Shown here: positions 23,802-35,522 of the stretch, one piece after another
Layout of the letters: every line of letters begins with the position of its first letter
How positions within the stretch are numbered: the first letter of the stretch is position 1
Source: Asterionella formosa
Taxonomy: Eukaryota
DNA length: 40,281 nt
Assembly (NCBI GenBank): GCA_002256025.1
Contig: NKIB01014823.1
Span: 1-40,281 of the forward strand
Direction of reading: 5' to 3'
The notes under the pieces: generated by a model
Database searches by the model: none
Told to the model about the DNA's origin: nothing
Seen by the model: the letters and a program-made list of their open reading frames with translations, nothing else
Program-made: the position numbers and the translations under genes

Positions 23802-25232
23802 CTACAGCTGGACCCAGCTCCTCGCTCGATTTTTGGAATGGATATTTCTATCATCCGCCCGTCCAGACGCATCGCACTCACGACACGACAACGTCGACCA
23901 GCTAATGGTAGACTCGCCCGACGCTTCGGGTACAACAGCGAACCTAAGTGAAAAATTGGAATTCGATGGCCAAAACTTTTCCAAGGCAGTGTATTCGTCA
24001 TCCGTCAAGATTTCCACTACTGTTTTGTTTTCACGATCGAGGGATTCGTTGTCAGTCCGGTCTGGGATCCGGGGTTGTGTCACGCGTTGATTTACTTGCA
24101 TGGCCATCATGGCCACGATCTGTTGATTGACTTCCGCTTGTGAGAGTCCAGCTGCACGGAGAGCATTCATGGTTTCGGAATCCACAGTTGGAGACAAACC
24201 AACCGGGCGCGATGCTGGTAAAGGATTCGAAGGAGCAGCTGCACAAGCACTCAATAAATTGGTGGTTTTTCCATGGACGTACTGCTCGAGGTGAGGGGGT
24301 AGCAATGGAAAGCGATGGGCTTCACATAACAAAATGCTCGCATCTGGGGCACTTGGACGGTCGCCCTCTCCAGTCTTGAGGTACTTTCTCCAACCATGCA
24401 ACCACGACCGTGGCAAAATGTAGTATATGCCAGGTTGCAAGGGACAATGCCCGCAAGCAACATCACCTCCAACCAAAGAGTGAGAAGGCACACCACGGGA
24501 GCGCGTGTAGATGCGTCGAACAAGGGGACAGCTTAGCGGCAGTTTACGTTTTTCTGTTTCGATAAGTTTTTTGCTTTCTTGTGCCTTTTTGCTAGACTCC
24601 TCTTCTACAGCACACTGCAAACATTCCCCTGATTTGACTTCCAAGGACGTACTGTCGGGATACAACCTTTTCAACACTTTCCAAGCTTGCTTGTCCATAA
24701 CGCGGCGTCGAGAGCGAGCACTCTTGCTACTGCTGCAGTGTTGCAAGTTGGAATGAGTGCAGAGTAAATCGGAATTGACATTGGGCCATGGAGGAGACAC
24801 GTCAGAAAGTCGACGGTCCCTCATGCGAACCTGTCTTTTGGTGAGTTTCTTTTGCTTCTTTGGCGTTTCGGTCGACTCTGCCTGCACCTCCAGCCATTTC
24901 AAAGCCGTTCGACACCAGGACTTGGATACAAAGTACCCAGATGTTGGTTCTGGGCGGTTTAAGACACGCGACACCACCAGCAACTCCATATTTCGCAATA
25001 CTTTAAAGGTGTATTCTTTCGTGTCCTTGGTGATGAAGCCTTCTGTCAGATCAGCTGGGAACACTTCTTCAGCAGTGTGCTGGACGATGTCACGAATTAG
25101 GTCTCGGGATGCAAAGAAACGACATGTTTGCTGAACACCGGACAGGTCGTACGCGCGAAGGTAGGTCAGGATATTTACGTGAAGTTCGTGGGGAAGCAAT
25201 AGCAGAGCTGCACTTGTGTCTGAAGTCGACAT
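23802..25232 (-). CDS. F-box protein with two DUSP-like domains (USP48/UBP26-type), ~476 aa
   Basis: First ATG at 25232. F-box-like LLLLPHELHVNILTYLRAYDLSGVQQTCRFF. DUSP-like 1: YFVSKSWCRTALKW..PPWPNVNSDLLCTH..MDKQAWKVLKRLYP..CLQC. DUSP-like 2: YYILPRSWLHGWRKYL..PDASILLCEAH..ILTDDEYTALEKFW..CREC. Confidence 0.7.
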   Translation of the reverse strand: MSTSDTSAALLLLPHELHVNILTYLRAYDLSGVQQTCRFFASRDLIRDIVQHTAEEVFPADLTEGFITKDTKEYTFKVLRNMELLVVSRVLNRPEPTSGYFVSKSWCRTALKWLEVQAESTETPKKQKKLTKRQVRMRDRRLSDVSPPWPNVNSDLLCTHSNLQHCSSSKSARSRRRVMDKQAWKVLKRLYPDSTSLEVKSGECLQCAVEEESSKKAQESKKLIETEKRKLPLSCPLVRRIYTRSRGVPSHSLVGGDVACGHCPLQPGIYYILPRSWLHGWRKYLKTGEGDRPSAPDASILLCEAHRFPLLPPHLEQYVHGKTTNLLSACAAAPSNPLPASRPVGLSPTVDSETMNALRAAGLSQAEVNQQIVAMMAMQVNQRVTQPRIPDRTDNESLDRENKTVVEILTDDEYTALEKFWPSNSNFSLRFAVVPEASGESTISWSTLSCRECDASGRADDRNIHSKNRARSWVQL

Positions 25233-25799
25233 GATTATGCGGATTGGATGTTGTGTAATTAGCAGGTGATGAAATGTAGCGAGTGAAGCCGTACTTGTTG
25301 ATATGCAAGCTCGAAATGCGGTTGGAATAGTGTCTCTAGCTATAGCGGGAGTAAATACAGGAACGCCAAGATTCGTTCGGTCGTTGAGCAATGCGAAACG
25401 AATGCCGGTATTCTTGTGTTTGAATGATGATTCACCACGACTGAATAACCAATGAGAATCGAGCAAGACAGGAACTCAACACGAACGACAGGATCTTGAT
25501 CGTTTCGCTTCGTGCCAATCAATGAGATAAAGTCAAGTGAAAGGTATGTCAGCAAGAAGGTAGTGGGATATGGAGTGATACCAGTACCAGGTAACTGGAT
25601 TTGGACGACAAAGATTCCAACAAGGAACAACGACTGTTTTCCAAACGAGTGACAAGAATCTACGAAAATTCGGTCTGCTGCTGGGTTTCCTGCCGGTAAG
25701 ATTTGTGTTTCCAAGCCTCAGCCGCAGTTGAGAATTCACAGTGCGAACAAGCGATTCGGAATATTTCGCCGTGCTGAGGATTGTTTCCTACTGGTGGTA

Positions 25800-26150
25800 T
25801 GGTACCAGGTAACGGTAGTTGTCAGAGTACCAGGTACCAGGTACCCTGGTTTTGAGTACGTGGTATGGGCTCGTCATGCATCATAGTACAAGGGTACCTG
25901 GTACAAGGTACCTGGTGGAGTACTTGGTACCAGGTACCAGCAAGTTGCGGTAATTGTGCTGAAGCTAAAACTTTAGCTATCTTTATCCTGTATTAAATTG
26001 TTTATTTAAGCCTAATGACCGCAACCTGCAGGGTACCTGGTACCAGGGACCAGGACCAGCCACGGAGTATCGGTATACCCCTGTGAGCTCTCGTATGGTG
26101 TCCATACTCAAAACCAGTACAAGGGCACACCTACCTGGTACCTGGTACCA
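25800..26150. repeat. Cluster of GGTACC(A/T)GGTACC heptamer-based repeats
   Basis: Many ggtaccaggtacc/ggtacctggtacc copies. The same motif occurs at 1488-1500, 14098-14150, 34369-34432 and 34662-34880. Confidence 0.8.
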
Positions 26151-26495
26151 TCTGGTGATGGGGCAGCTCAGCTCTACGTATGGACAGAATGTTAGTCACA
26201 CTCTAATGCATGTACGTACTGGTAGTTTATCTCAATGCTTACATTTCCATACGTTGGATTACTACCAGTACATAAGGGCCAATCTTGACAGAGATACAAA
26301 TTATTTTTTGTTTTATTTTCAGAAAAAAATGAATCTTTACAGAGATACATTTCACAAATATATCTCTATAATGGCAAAACAGTTAACCTTTTTCTTCATG
26401 TCTCTGCAAACATGTGCATCAGACTCAGCAATTATATTTGCAATGTGCACTTTCATTATTCAATGTGTCTGACCATTATCATTATTGACACAACA

Positions 26496-27265
26496 ATGAC
26501 AAATCGACCAGAAGAACCTGACAGTTGGGATGTCATTGCAAATCTTGATATAGAAGCAGAACAACCGAGCTTTTTGTTAGTAATTGCAGCAGTTGCATTA
26601 CCATTTTTGAAGTCCTATGAACGAAATTCGAAGCTAGTGCGAATTCCAAAATGGGAGCATCAACGAATTGACTGGAATGAGCATGTCACAAAGCTTGTTC
26701 ATGAGAATAGATTTCATCGTGAATATCGCATGTCTCTTGAAGCTTTCAATCAACTACTGGAACTCCTTCGACCTTCTATCACAGTTGATGTTGTTAAATC
26801 AAATGCAAGTTCCGGTTTATACAGCTCAAATCAGCCTATTTATCCTGAGTTGATCCTTGGCATTGGACTTCGCTGGCTTGCAGGTGGAAACCTCATAGAA
26901 ATTTGTCATGTCTATGGAGTTTCTTATCCATCTGTTTATGCCAGCATCACTAAAACATTCCTTGATGCAGTGAACTCCTGCACAGCATTATCAATAAAAT
27001 TCCCTACAACAAACAGTGATGAATGGATTCCTTGAAACAAGGAAGCAGCAACTATTTTGTGGATGAATTGGTGCTATAGATGGATATTTACAGCCTATTT
27101 CTAAAACCAAGAAATAAGGATTGTGATGGCTTGCTTCCCTCACCAAGCATATTGGTCTGGGCATTATATGACATATGAATTGAATGTTCAAGCTGTTTGC
27201 AAAAGCAATTGTTGTTTTCTATACTTTGGTGTTGTGGCACGAGGAAATGGTCCAGATCAGAAGGG
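26496..27265 (+). pseudogene. PIF/Harbinger (DDE_Tnp_4-type) transposase pseudogene, 3'-truncated
   Basis: FHREYRMSLEAFNQLLELLRP and IYPELILGIGLRWLAGG, then across frameshifts G*IGAIDG and YWSGHYMTYELNVQAVC..FLYFGVVARG. Stops and frameshifts are present. Confidence 0.85.
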
Positions 27266-28235
27266 TGTAGGCAACCTCTGGCTAATGTGTTGTGCCGATG
27301 GTGTGAACTGGCTGGCTGACTGAAATAGGATTAATGTAGCATACAAACTATAACTGGAAGGAATAAGGTAATAACAAGAACTAAGTAGATTAATAATTGG
27401 TAACCTAATTATGATTAGATGCATCCTCTTCAGCTGTTTGTATGAGAGCTACAGAATTCTTGGTCAGTGCATCCAGCCATAGCTTCAAAAATTTTGGCTT
27501 CAAAAAATTCACCAAAACTGACATTCTCTTAATACTCTTTACCATCACATTTTTGTGACACTTCATTGCTTGCTACTTCAGTCCGAGCTTCCTTTAGCTT
27601 ACAACATCCATAATTTCCTTCTCTCGTTTTACAAGAAAAGTTGCTCGAGAAAATTCTGCATTGGAACTTTGAGAGGCAAGTGTGCAAATAGTACGACGAA
27701 GTCGTTGTAGCGATATCTGTTGTATGAGCATGCATTTTATCGTCGTCAAAGACCCTTTGTTGTCAATGAAAAAATCAGTAGGAGTGATACATGCAACCCA
27801 CTGGTCATCCTGTTTCCTTGCTGCAGAGTAAGTTTCATTGTCCGAAGATTCAAATGATGCCATTCCACAAGTCGTTTACAAGTGATGAAAAGCATTATTC
27901 CATGAGTAGATACAGATAATAATAATTGCTGCTGAGAAGCAATCCCTCCTCCCAAAATTCATTTCTGTTGTCGCCATTAGAGATAAAAATGGTGTCTTTG
28001 TTGATTAATTTAATTACATGAGATATATTAAATTGATATAAATTAGTGTTGCTTAATGCTGTATCTGCAGCGATACACACAGATACACATTTCGGAGCAA
28101 CAAAAAATGTGTTGCTGGAAGCAACATATCCCCCGGATATGTGAGATACAAAAAATTGGGCCGAACAACATTTTTTTGATTTTTGTTATCTCTATTAAGA
28201 TTGGCCCTAGAAAAATGGTATGCAGATATTCTGGT

Positions 28236-28808
28236 TTGGCATACATACCAGTACCGGTAATAGGGAGTATTGATTTGTGTTGCCATAGCTAGTGCCGCGG
28301 TATGTAGGGGTTGATGATCTAACACCTGTCTTGACCATGACGAAATTATTGGACTGAATTTCTCATCGAAAATTAACATTGAAGTATTGCTATTTTCGTA
28401 CTTATATCTAGCCGAACATAGATGAGATAATCGTTCAATAATAAGAAAGTTTGCACTAATAATGACAACAAAAATTTGAAATTGCTGCTAGACTAGTATG
28501 TTTTTGTCTTCGTTTGCTCAGCTTTCAAGATATGAACAAAGTAGAGTCATCTTTGAGTCCGCGGTTACTAGTTTAATAACTTTTATTAGACAATTATTTC
28601 TATTTAATGTAAAAATTTAACGAGAAAAATTTAGCAATAGTAATCTCGGAGAGGGTGCAACATCTCAAATGCAAGAAAATTCATCAATGTAAATTTTGTA
28701 CTGAGTTTCATATACATACTTCTTGTTGTGATTCATATTTCTATGTAATTATGGAGTAGTCCATTTTAGAGTTTAATACAGACATACATGCAGACATCTA
28801 ACAATATA
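28236..28808. repeat. Diverged copy of the internal region (32136-32696) of the MITE
   Basis: Collinear shared blocks: ttggcatacatac, cttgaccatgacgaaattat, atcgttcaataat, tgacaacaaaaa, tttgctcag and tctcggagaggg. Confidence 0.8.
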
Positions 28809-28817
28809 CTAATTGTT

Positions 28818-29900
28818 CTAGTGTGATTCAACTAAGCTAAGATAATTGATCCAGCGATGAGCAAGTAACTCAAGTTCCAAATATGCCCTCCTAGTATATA
28901 TAGGTCTATGATATTCCAGAGTTTCAGGGCATTCATGCCCATCAACAGAGCAATGCTTCTTTCGTTTTTTACCGGAACCCCACTGCATGCATACATCTAG
29001 GTGTGGTAGACATATGCAGGCTTGTAGTAATGCCATGCCTCCTTAGAAATTCATCCTTTTCCTCGTTCGTAATACTATCTACTGGTTGTTGCAGCACCAT
29101 GACCTCAGAAAGATTATTGTTTAGCATCTTCCTCTGCAGCTCAACTGTCTCATTTCCCCCTCTTTTAATCAGTTTAGGCACTAGTTTTTCCCTAACATAG
29201 TATTCATGCATCCCCTCGGGGTTCTGTGAGGGTCTCCACCACCATCTACCACCAATCTCCAAGATGATGCTTGGCCATTGACTTCGTCCTATTCAAAACA
29301 ACTTCTAAAGCATTGACATCCAAACCATCCTTTTTCGAGTTGAAAACTATTTCCAGGCATCTCCAGATTCCCAGCACCAGATATACCGGCTGGCGGTCTT
29401 CACTGATTTGAACTTGATCCTCCTCTGTAGTAGTCATATCCGTTGTCTGTAATGGAGCGAATTTTCGTTCTTTTGTTGGATGAAATTCCCAAAGTGGACT
29501 ATTTTTGGCATCATGGAAGGCAGGAAACTTGAGGCAAGAAAGCAAGGTTAATTCCCATGCTGCTACTTCACCAGTGACGGAAGGGAAGATTGGAGCAAGT
29601 GATTTTATGGTTGTGTGGAAGAATTGGTGTTGCTGAACATTTCCAGTCTTGTGTTAATGTCAAAAATGTGGGGTGATGTCCTGCTGCCAGAAATCTGGAC
29701 TGTGTTGCCTGATGATGACATGTCACCAAAGTTCTTGTTGATGATCCCCATCATTGAAGCTTTGTTGAGCTTCAGGTCATCATCAAGCCTGAATTTGGAG
29801 TTGAAATCATACTCCAACAACTTGTCAAAATGCATCCTCCAACGGTCATGGAGATGATGATCATCAAGGCAAAAACAAGATTTCTCAATTTGAGTCCATT
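28818..29900 (-). pseudogene. Degenerate IS630/Tc1-mariner-like transposase, N-terminal/HTH region, catalytic part missing
   Basis: Frameshifted ORFs ..MHEYYVREKLVPKL..EFLRRHGITTSLHMSTTPRCMHAVGFR and KKHCSVDGHECPETLEY..YLELELLAHRWI resemble the GFxY..KKxxYVDGHERxDVxxYR motif of this family. Confidence 0.6.
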
Positions 29901-30431
29901 TTGTGTCTTCACACGCCGCTTCACGTGGTTGAACTCATGTCAGTTGTTTTCCCGTTGAAGCGGCGTGGGAGATTAATCAGTTGTTAAGAATAGCAAAAGA
30001 ATGTGAACAACATGGTTGGGAGCAAAAATCGTGATGCTTTATATTATTTTAGGGATTGTGATAAACTGTAGTACTAGCTAGTACTACTTATAAGGCTACC
30101 TGGTGGAAATAAAAATGGCATCCAGCCATCATAGTACTACCTACTACTATCAGCTTAACAGTACCTGTGGAAATTGTGGTAAATGAGAAATTTAGCTGCG
30201 TTTTCCCTCTAAAAAATGTCTTTTACTGCATCTCCCTCTTGTATACACGCTATGAACTGCAGTGAACAGCCAACAGGTTTGTTGCTGCATTGAAACCCAA
30301 ACAAGGGTTACCAAAATTTTTCCCAGATCCTATATCCTGACGATATATAGAGTGAACTTGCCCTACTTTGACAGAAGACTGTTTGTAAGCATGCATGGTG
30401 GACATTATTGAGTTGATTCAACCCTATTACG

Positions 30432-33320
30432 ATGCATGAGGAAACTGCGTTCCAAAATGCCCTCAATCAGGTCGTTCTACTTACTCCGGCTCATCGGACA
30501 TGACTCCGTAATGACGATCATATCATATCTGCTACCGAACTTGGTCCTCTTCTTGATGATGCCACCATACTTGATTGTTCCACAAATGCAACAAGGCTAA
30601 CTGCCGGTAAGAGGACTAAGATATATGCATTTCATAGTTGGATCCGTGAACAGCAGGTCATTGTTGGATATGGCAATGTTCCAGTCTTCCAATTTCAATG
30701 TTTAGCACTTGTCCCATTTGCTGAAGGATGCAGGTAAAATCAAGCATGCAGAACAATATCAATCCGGAAGCAAAGATATTAAAGCCCCTGACCTATGGTC
30801 CGGTAAGGCTACAGATTGGCGACAAAAGAAAAGGGAGTTCATTGCCTACATTTCATTGAAACGCAACAAGAATGGGATACCTTTGGTGTATCTTCTCCGT
30901 GACAACAACGAGCAACCTGCTATCGAACAGGACCATGGACTTGATGGAGATACCAAGTCTATTATCCGCAACGCACCCTTGACAGGGGAAGCATTAAACA
31001 CAGGCGCACAACTACAAACTCTTTCAACCACTCCTTGTTGCATGGACAGCAAGCGGGTCTGGGCAATCTTTGAAGCGTTTTGGGAAGGTGACCGATACAA
31101 TTGGACACTCGCTGGTGACTACTACTGTTCCATTCAAATGAGCTCGCAAGATGAGCTTGAAACCCTTGGCATAGTTCGGTATGGTGCCAGCCAGGTTTGG
31201 GCGCTATTATCTGGACTTCGAACAGATCAAATCCGTCAAATTTCTGCAGTAATCATGAATGAGAATGGATGCAATACCGACCTAGCTACAAGCATCGGTT
31301 TTAAGTTACAGAACCTCTGAAATATGCGTAGACCACCATCTCAAGCTTATAATAGTGTTGGCCGACATAATCAACATAGACATTACACTGACCGCAATAT
31401 CAGCTCAACATCACATGACAGTTGTACCAGACGTGGAGGTCATAATGGCGGATGTCATGGTGGTCGCCAGGCTGGATGCACTGGCCGTGGTGGTCATGGT
31501 CGTGGTCGATACAATAATCGCAAAATAATAAAAATAACCAGTCAGGTACTGCACAGGATGGTCTTTATATTGCGTTAGTCATCTGAAATCAGTTAGCCAG
31601 AGAGCAAAGATGCGTAATGTGCAATCAGGCTCAGAATCAATCATCCACCTGCCTCCTCAATCCCACAACAAGTCTCTGCAGTTAATGGAAATGGCGATGA
31701 ATCCACTATCAACACTCAGCTTACACCACACCCAGCATCCCAGGCTGTGCCACTTCAGAGGGATTAGTACCCCCTGCATCTGCACGATGTTCCATTACAC
31801 TTTTTGCATAAAAGTGTCCGAAAATGCAATATGAGTTAGTCGGGGGAACTTGGGGTTTTTTTAATTACATTTGTAGCAAATCAATATTAATTTCTATCAA
31901 TGATAGAAACTTTTCCTGACTAAATTTTCAATGACTCTTTTTACTTAGTATATCATTGAAATCGAAAAATAAAAATAAATTTGTACTGCTGTACATTTTT
32001 GTCAAGAAATCGGATGCATACACAATGTATCAGATGTACTTATGTTTTCAACATGGAACACATCATACATACAACAAACCTTGTATGTACTTTCTACATT
32101 CTGTATATAAAGCGTTACATATTATATATGCTTGCTTGGCATACATACTACTGGCTGTTTACTAGTAGTACCAGTACTTGCATGTGTGTTCATACAAGCT
32201 GCCTGTGGTGGTATGGGGTTGATGAGACAGCAACTCCATCTTGACCATGACGAAATTATGGATTTTAATATCTTCACAAATATTGACAATGAACAATTTC
32301 TATTTCGCACGTGTATGTAGACTAACATAGAAAAGATTATCGTTCAATAATTTAATTTTTTTGCACTAGCATTGACAACAAAAAGTTGAAATCGGCGCTG
32401 GAAGTTGTTTTTGGTCGTTGTTTGCTCAGTTTTGAAGATATGACCAAAAACGAGACAGTGTTGAGTCTGCGGTGATTAGCTTGATAACTTTGACTAGATA
32501 ACAAGGTTTTCTATGTTTTGTAGAAATAGATGAGAAAACTTGAGCAACAGTATTCTCGGAGAGGGCGGTACAACATTTCAAGATGCAACAAATTCATCTA
32601 CGTCAATTTTGTAAAAATTTTCATGTAGCTACACACTAATTGATAAGGTCATTTGACAGTTTACTATAGACATACTTTCAGCCATTCAACAATACACTGC
32701 TTGTTCTTGCCGCGAATAAAAACTTTGCATCACGGAAAATATCACTAACTCCCCCCCCCCTGACTGACGGTTTATGCATTTTCGGACACTTTTATGCAAA
32801 AATTGTATTCTTTCTTTGCACAATTTGGCCAATCTTGCCAACAAGGAGCTATTACCACAGGTATACATTACATTTCTAAAGCAACTCGTCGCCCTGTGGA
32901 GAATGATTACTATACCAGTCGCTCCTGTGCCGATGATACCATCTGTGCTGGTCAGACATTTCATCTACTAATACACCTATCAGGCCGAGTAGTCGATGTT
33001 TGGGGGTTACACAATGATTTAGGGGTGATGAGTGTAGTACCAATTGCTCATGTGCGTCGCAACCGCATATAATTCTCCTGATGGCCACACATCTATTCTT
33101 TCAGCCAATGAGGCCTTATTCTTTGGTAAAGACATGATGGAGAACTCATTGATCTCTCCCCAACAATTGCATGACAATGGTCTACGTTGTGACACCACTC
33201 CTATGCAGTATAATGCTCACTCGATCCATGGAATACATGACCCAATCTCAGACACCACGATCCGCTTCCGACTCGTCCATGGATGCATTTCTTACATTCC
33301 TATTCGCCTACCAACAGAGC
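30432..33320 (+). mobile_element. Decayed Ty1/copia (diatom CoDi-like) retrotransposon, gag and protease region, interrupted by a MITE
   Basis: Gag-like KAPDLWSGKATDW..FIAYISLKRNKNGIPLVYLLRD and an RGG-rich segment. Protease-like ADDTICAGQTF..SGRVVDVWGLHNDLG, then VATAYNSPDGHTSIL..NEALFFGKDMMENSLISPQQLHDNGL..HGCISYIPIRLPT. No IN or RT seen; many stops. Confidence 0.75.
31798..32805. mobile_element. Non-autonomous Tc1/mariner-type element (MITE), 1,008 bp, 31-bp TIRs, TA TSD
   Basis: Left TIR CACTTTTTGCATAAAAGTGTCCGAAAATGCA (31798-31828). Right TIR at 32775-32805 matches 30/31 as reverse complement. TA at 31796-97 and 32806-07. AT-rich non-coding interior. Confidence 0.9.
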
Positions 33321-34956
33321 GTATACAGGGAATAGACAATTGTATATATTTAGAGTACCTGGTAATTAATATAGAGTCACCATGAGTACATATACAATTG
33401 CACTATATTACAGTAAATAGAGGACCAAATCTATTACTGATAGATATTTCTATGTATAATATACATATACCCAAAATGAAGTGAAAACAATCAATGTATA
33501 GCTAATGAAAAATAGTGAAAAAATAATGTAACTACAGCAGTATGAAATCATGCATCTATGTAATACATACTAGCTGTGTATGACCACCAATGTGACGATC
33601 AGCAGATATCAATTGATTGGCAATCTTACCTGTGGCAATATTCTATCTGGAATATAAACCTCATATATTTTGTCAATTTGCAATGTGGGAGTGAAAAGAA
33701 TGCAGCTCAAAGTAGGGCAGTCATCATATCCCACACAACGCTTTGCCAAGCAACAATACTCCACCTTTCTTACTCTATCCTGCACAAGCAACCCTTGTAA
33801 CATTTTTAGGCACCTTACAACCTAGTTCCAACTTTGCATTCCTACCAAAGAAAAAATAGTTTTTGGTGTAACAGAAAGGCTGCAATACTGACAGAATTCT
33901 TCCTCCCTCCTACCTCTTCGATGCACATTCTGCATCATTTCTGTTGGTTCATCAACTTGTCAAATGTTGAAAACTTCTTGAAACACCACATTTGAGGAAT
34001 TTCTGGTCTCAATCATCATTCTGCATACTTCTTGTCACTCCTGCTACCACCAATAATACTAGTAGTCAGAAGTCAAAACTCATTCAAGATGAGAGTCGAC
34101 TGGCTGATGTCATCCACCTTACTTTCAAAACTAGGCGACATTGCATCTTGATCTTCTGGGAGTACAACCCAAGTATATAGTTCCAAAAACAAACTGGCAG
34201 CTCAGACTTCCCTCCTTCACCTGCTGTTGATGTCCCATCACTCACACCTTCCTCTCCTTACCTGGCAGCAGGTACGAAGTAGTCTCCTGCTGCTGCTTTC
34301 CGAAAACATAAAGTCGTGTGGTGTAAACGACGGAATTAAGTCACGTTTCTTGTTTGACACAGACTACCGGGTACCTGGTACTAGGTACCATACCAATGGT
34401 ACATGAATGTGGTAACTGGTACCTGGTACCAGTAGAGTGTGATAGCTAATAACATGTACTCGTGCAGTGTATATGTCATTCCTACGATTAATTAAACCCG
34501 CAGTGAAACCGGCTCTAATTTTTCAGTATCTACATACTGTTGTAACACGGTCCTTCCACTTGTATTTTCAGATCAATACCCTGTCAGTAGTAAAGTGACC
34601 AATTAGACACATAGTAGAGGCCTACAGGAAAATACAACTTGGGTTTAATTGTACCAATTACGGTACCTGGTACGATACCATACGGCGAACAAGGTTGTTG
34701 CGTGTAATTGTAATTTTTTTCGGCAAAAGTTGATCTAATTTAACGAGCTTCCAGGAGTTCACAGTACGAGGTCTGTTGCCGAAGTATTCCCGATACCAGG
34801 TACCACGAGCAGTTCCCAGTCCCTGGTACCTAGTAGACCCCAACCAGGTACGTAAGTAACTGTTACGGTACCTGGTACCTGTTCCCCCAGTTGCAGAGCA
34901 CCAGCGCACTAATTTAATTTACACACTCGGAGCATCGGAGTTCGTAGTGGTACTAG

Positions 34957-35522
34957 NNNNNNNNNNNNNNNNNNNNNNNNNNNNNNNNNNNNNNNNNNNN
35001 NNNNNNNNNNNNNNNNNNNNNNNNNNNNNNNNNNNNNNNNNNNNNNNNNNNNNNNNNNNNNNNNNNNNNNNNNNNNNNNNNNNNNNNNNNNNNNNNNNNN
35101 NNNNNNNNNNNNNNNNNNNNNNNNNNNNNNNNNNNNNNNNNNNNNNNNNNNNNNNNNNNNNNNNNNNNNNNNNNNNNNNNNNNNNNNNNNNNNNNNNNNN
35201 NNNNNNNNNNNNNNNNNNNNNNNNNNNNNNNNNNNNNNNNNNNNNNNNNNNNNNNNNNNNNNNNNNNNNNNNNNNNNNNNNNNNNNNNNNNNNNNNNNNN
35301 NNNNNNNNNNNNNNNNNNNNNNNNNNNNNNNNNNNNNNNNNNNNNNNNNNNNNNNNNNNNNNNNNNNNNNNNNNNNNNNNNNNNNNNNNNNNNNNNNNNN
35401 NNNNNNNNNNNNNNNNNNNNNNNNNNNNNNNNNNNNNNNNNNNNNNNNNNNNNNNNNNNNNNNNNNNNNNNNNNNNNNNNNNNNNNNNNNNNNNNNNNNN
35501 NNNNNNNNNNNNNNNNNNNNNN
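34957..35522. other. Assembly gap (566 N)
   Basis: Run of N. Confidence 1.

Noticed and set aside
25233..25466. N-terminal extension of the F-box ORF (and likewise 39919-40044 for the sulfotransferase)
   Set aside because: These rely on non-ATG starts; the first in-frame ATG gives a sensible domain start in each case.
30167..30280. 5' LTR and primer-binding site of the copia remnant
   Set aside because: A TG..ACA segment exists, but there is no second LTR or convincing tRNA-complementary PBS.
28236..32696. Pair of LTRs around the copia gag
   Set aside because: The second copy lies inside a TIR/TA-bounded MITE, copia sequence continues beyond it, and there are no TG..CA ends.
33600..33950. 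piggyBac-like Cys-rich C-terminus
   Set aside because: Too degraded; no TTAA-flanked TIR identified.
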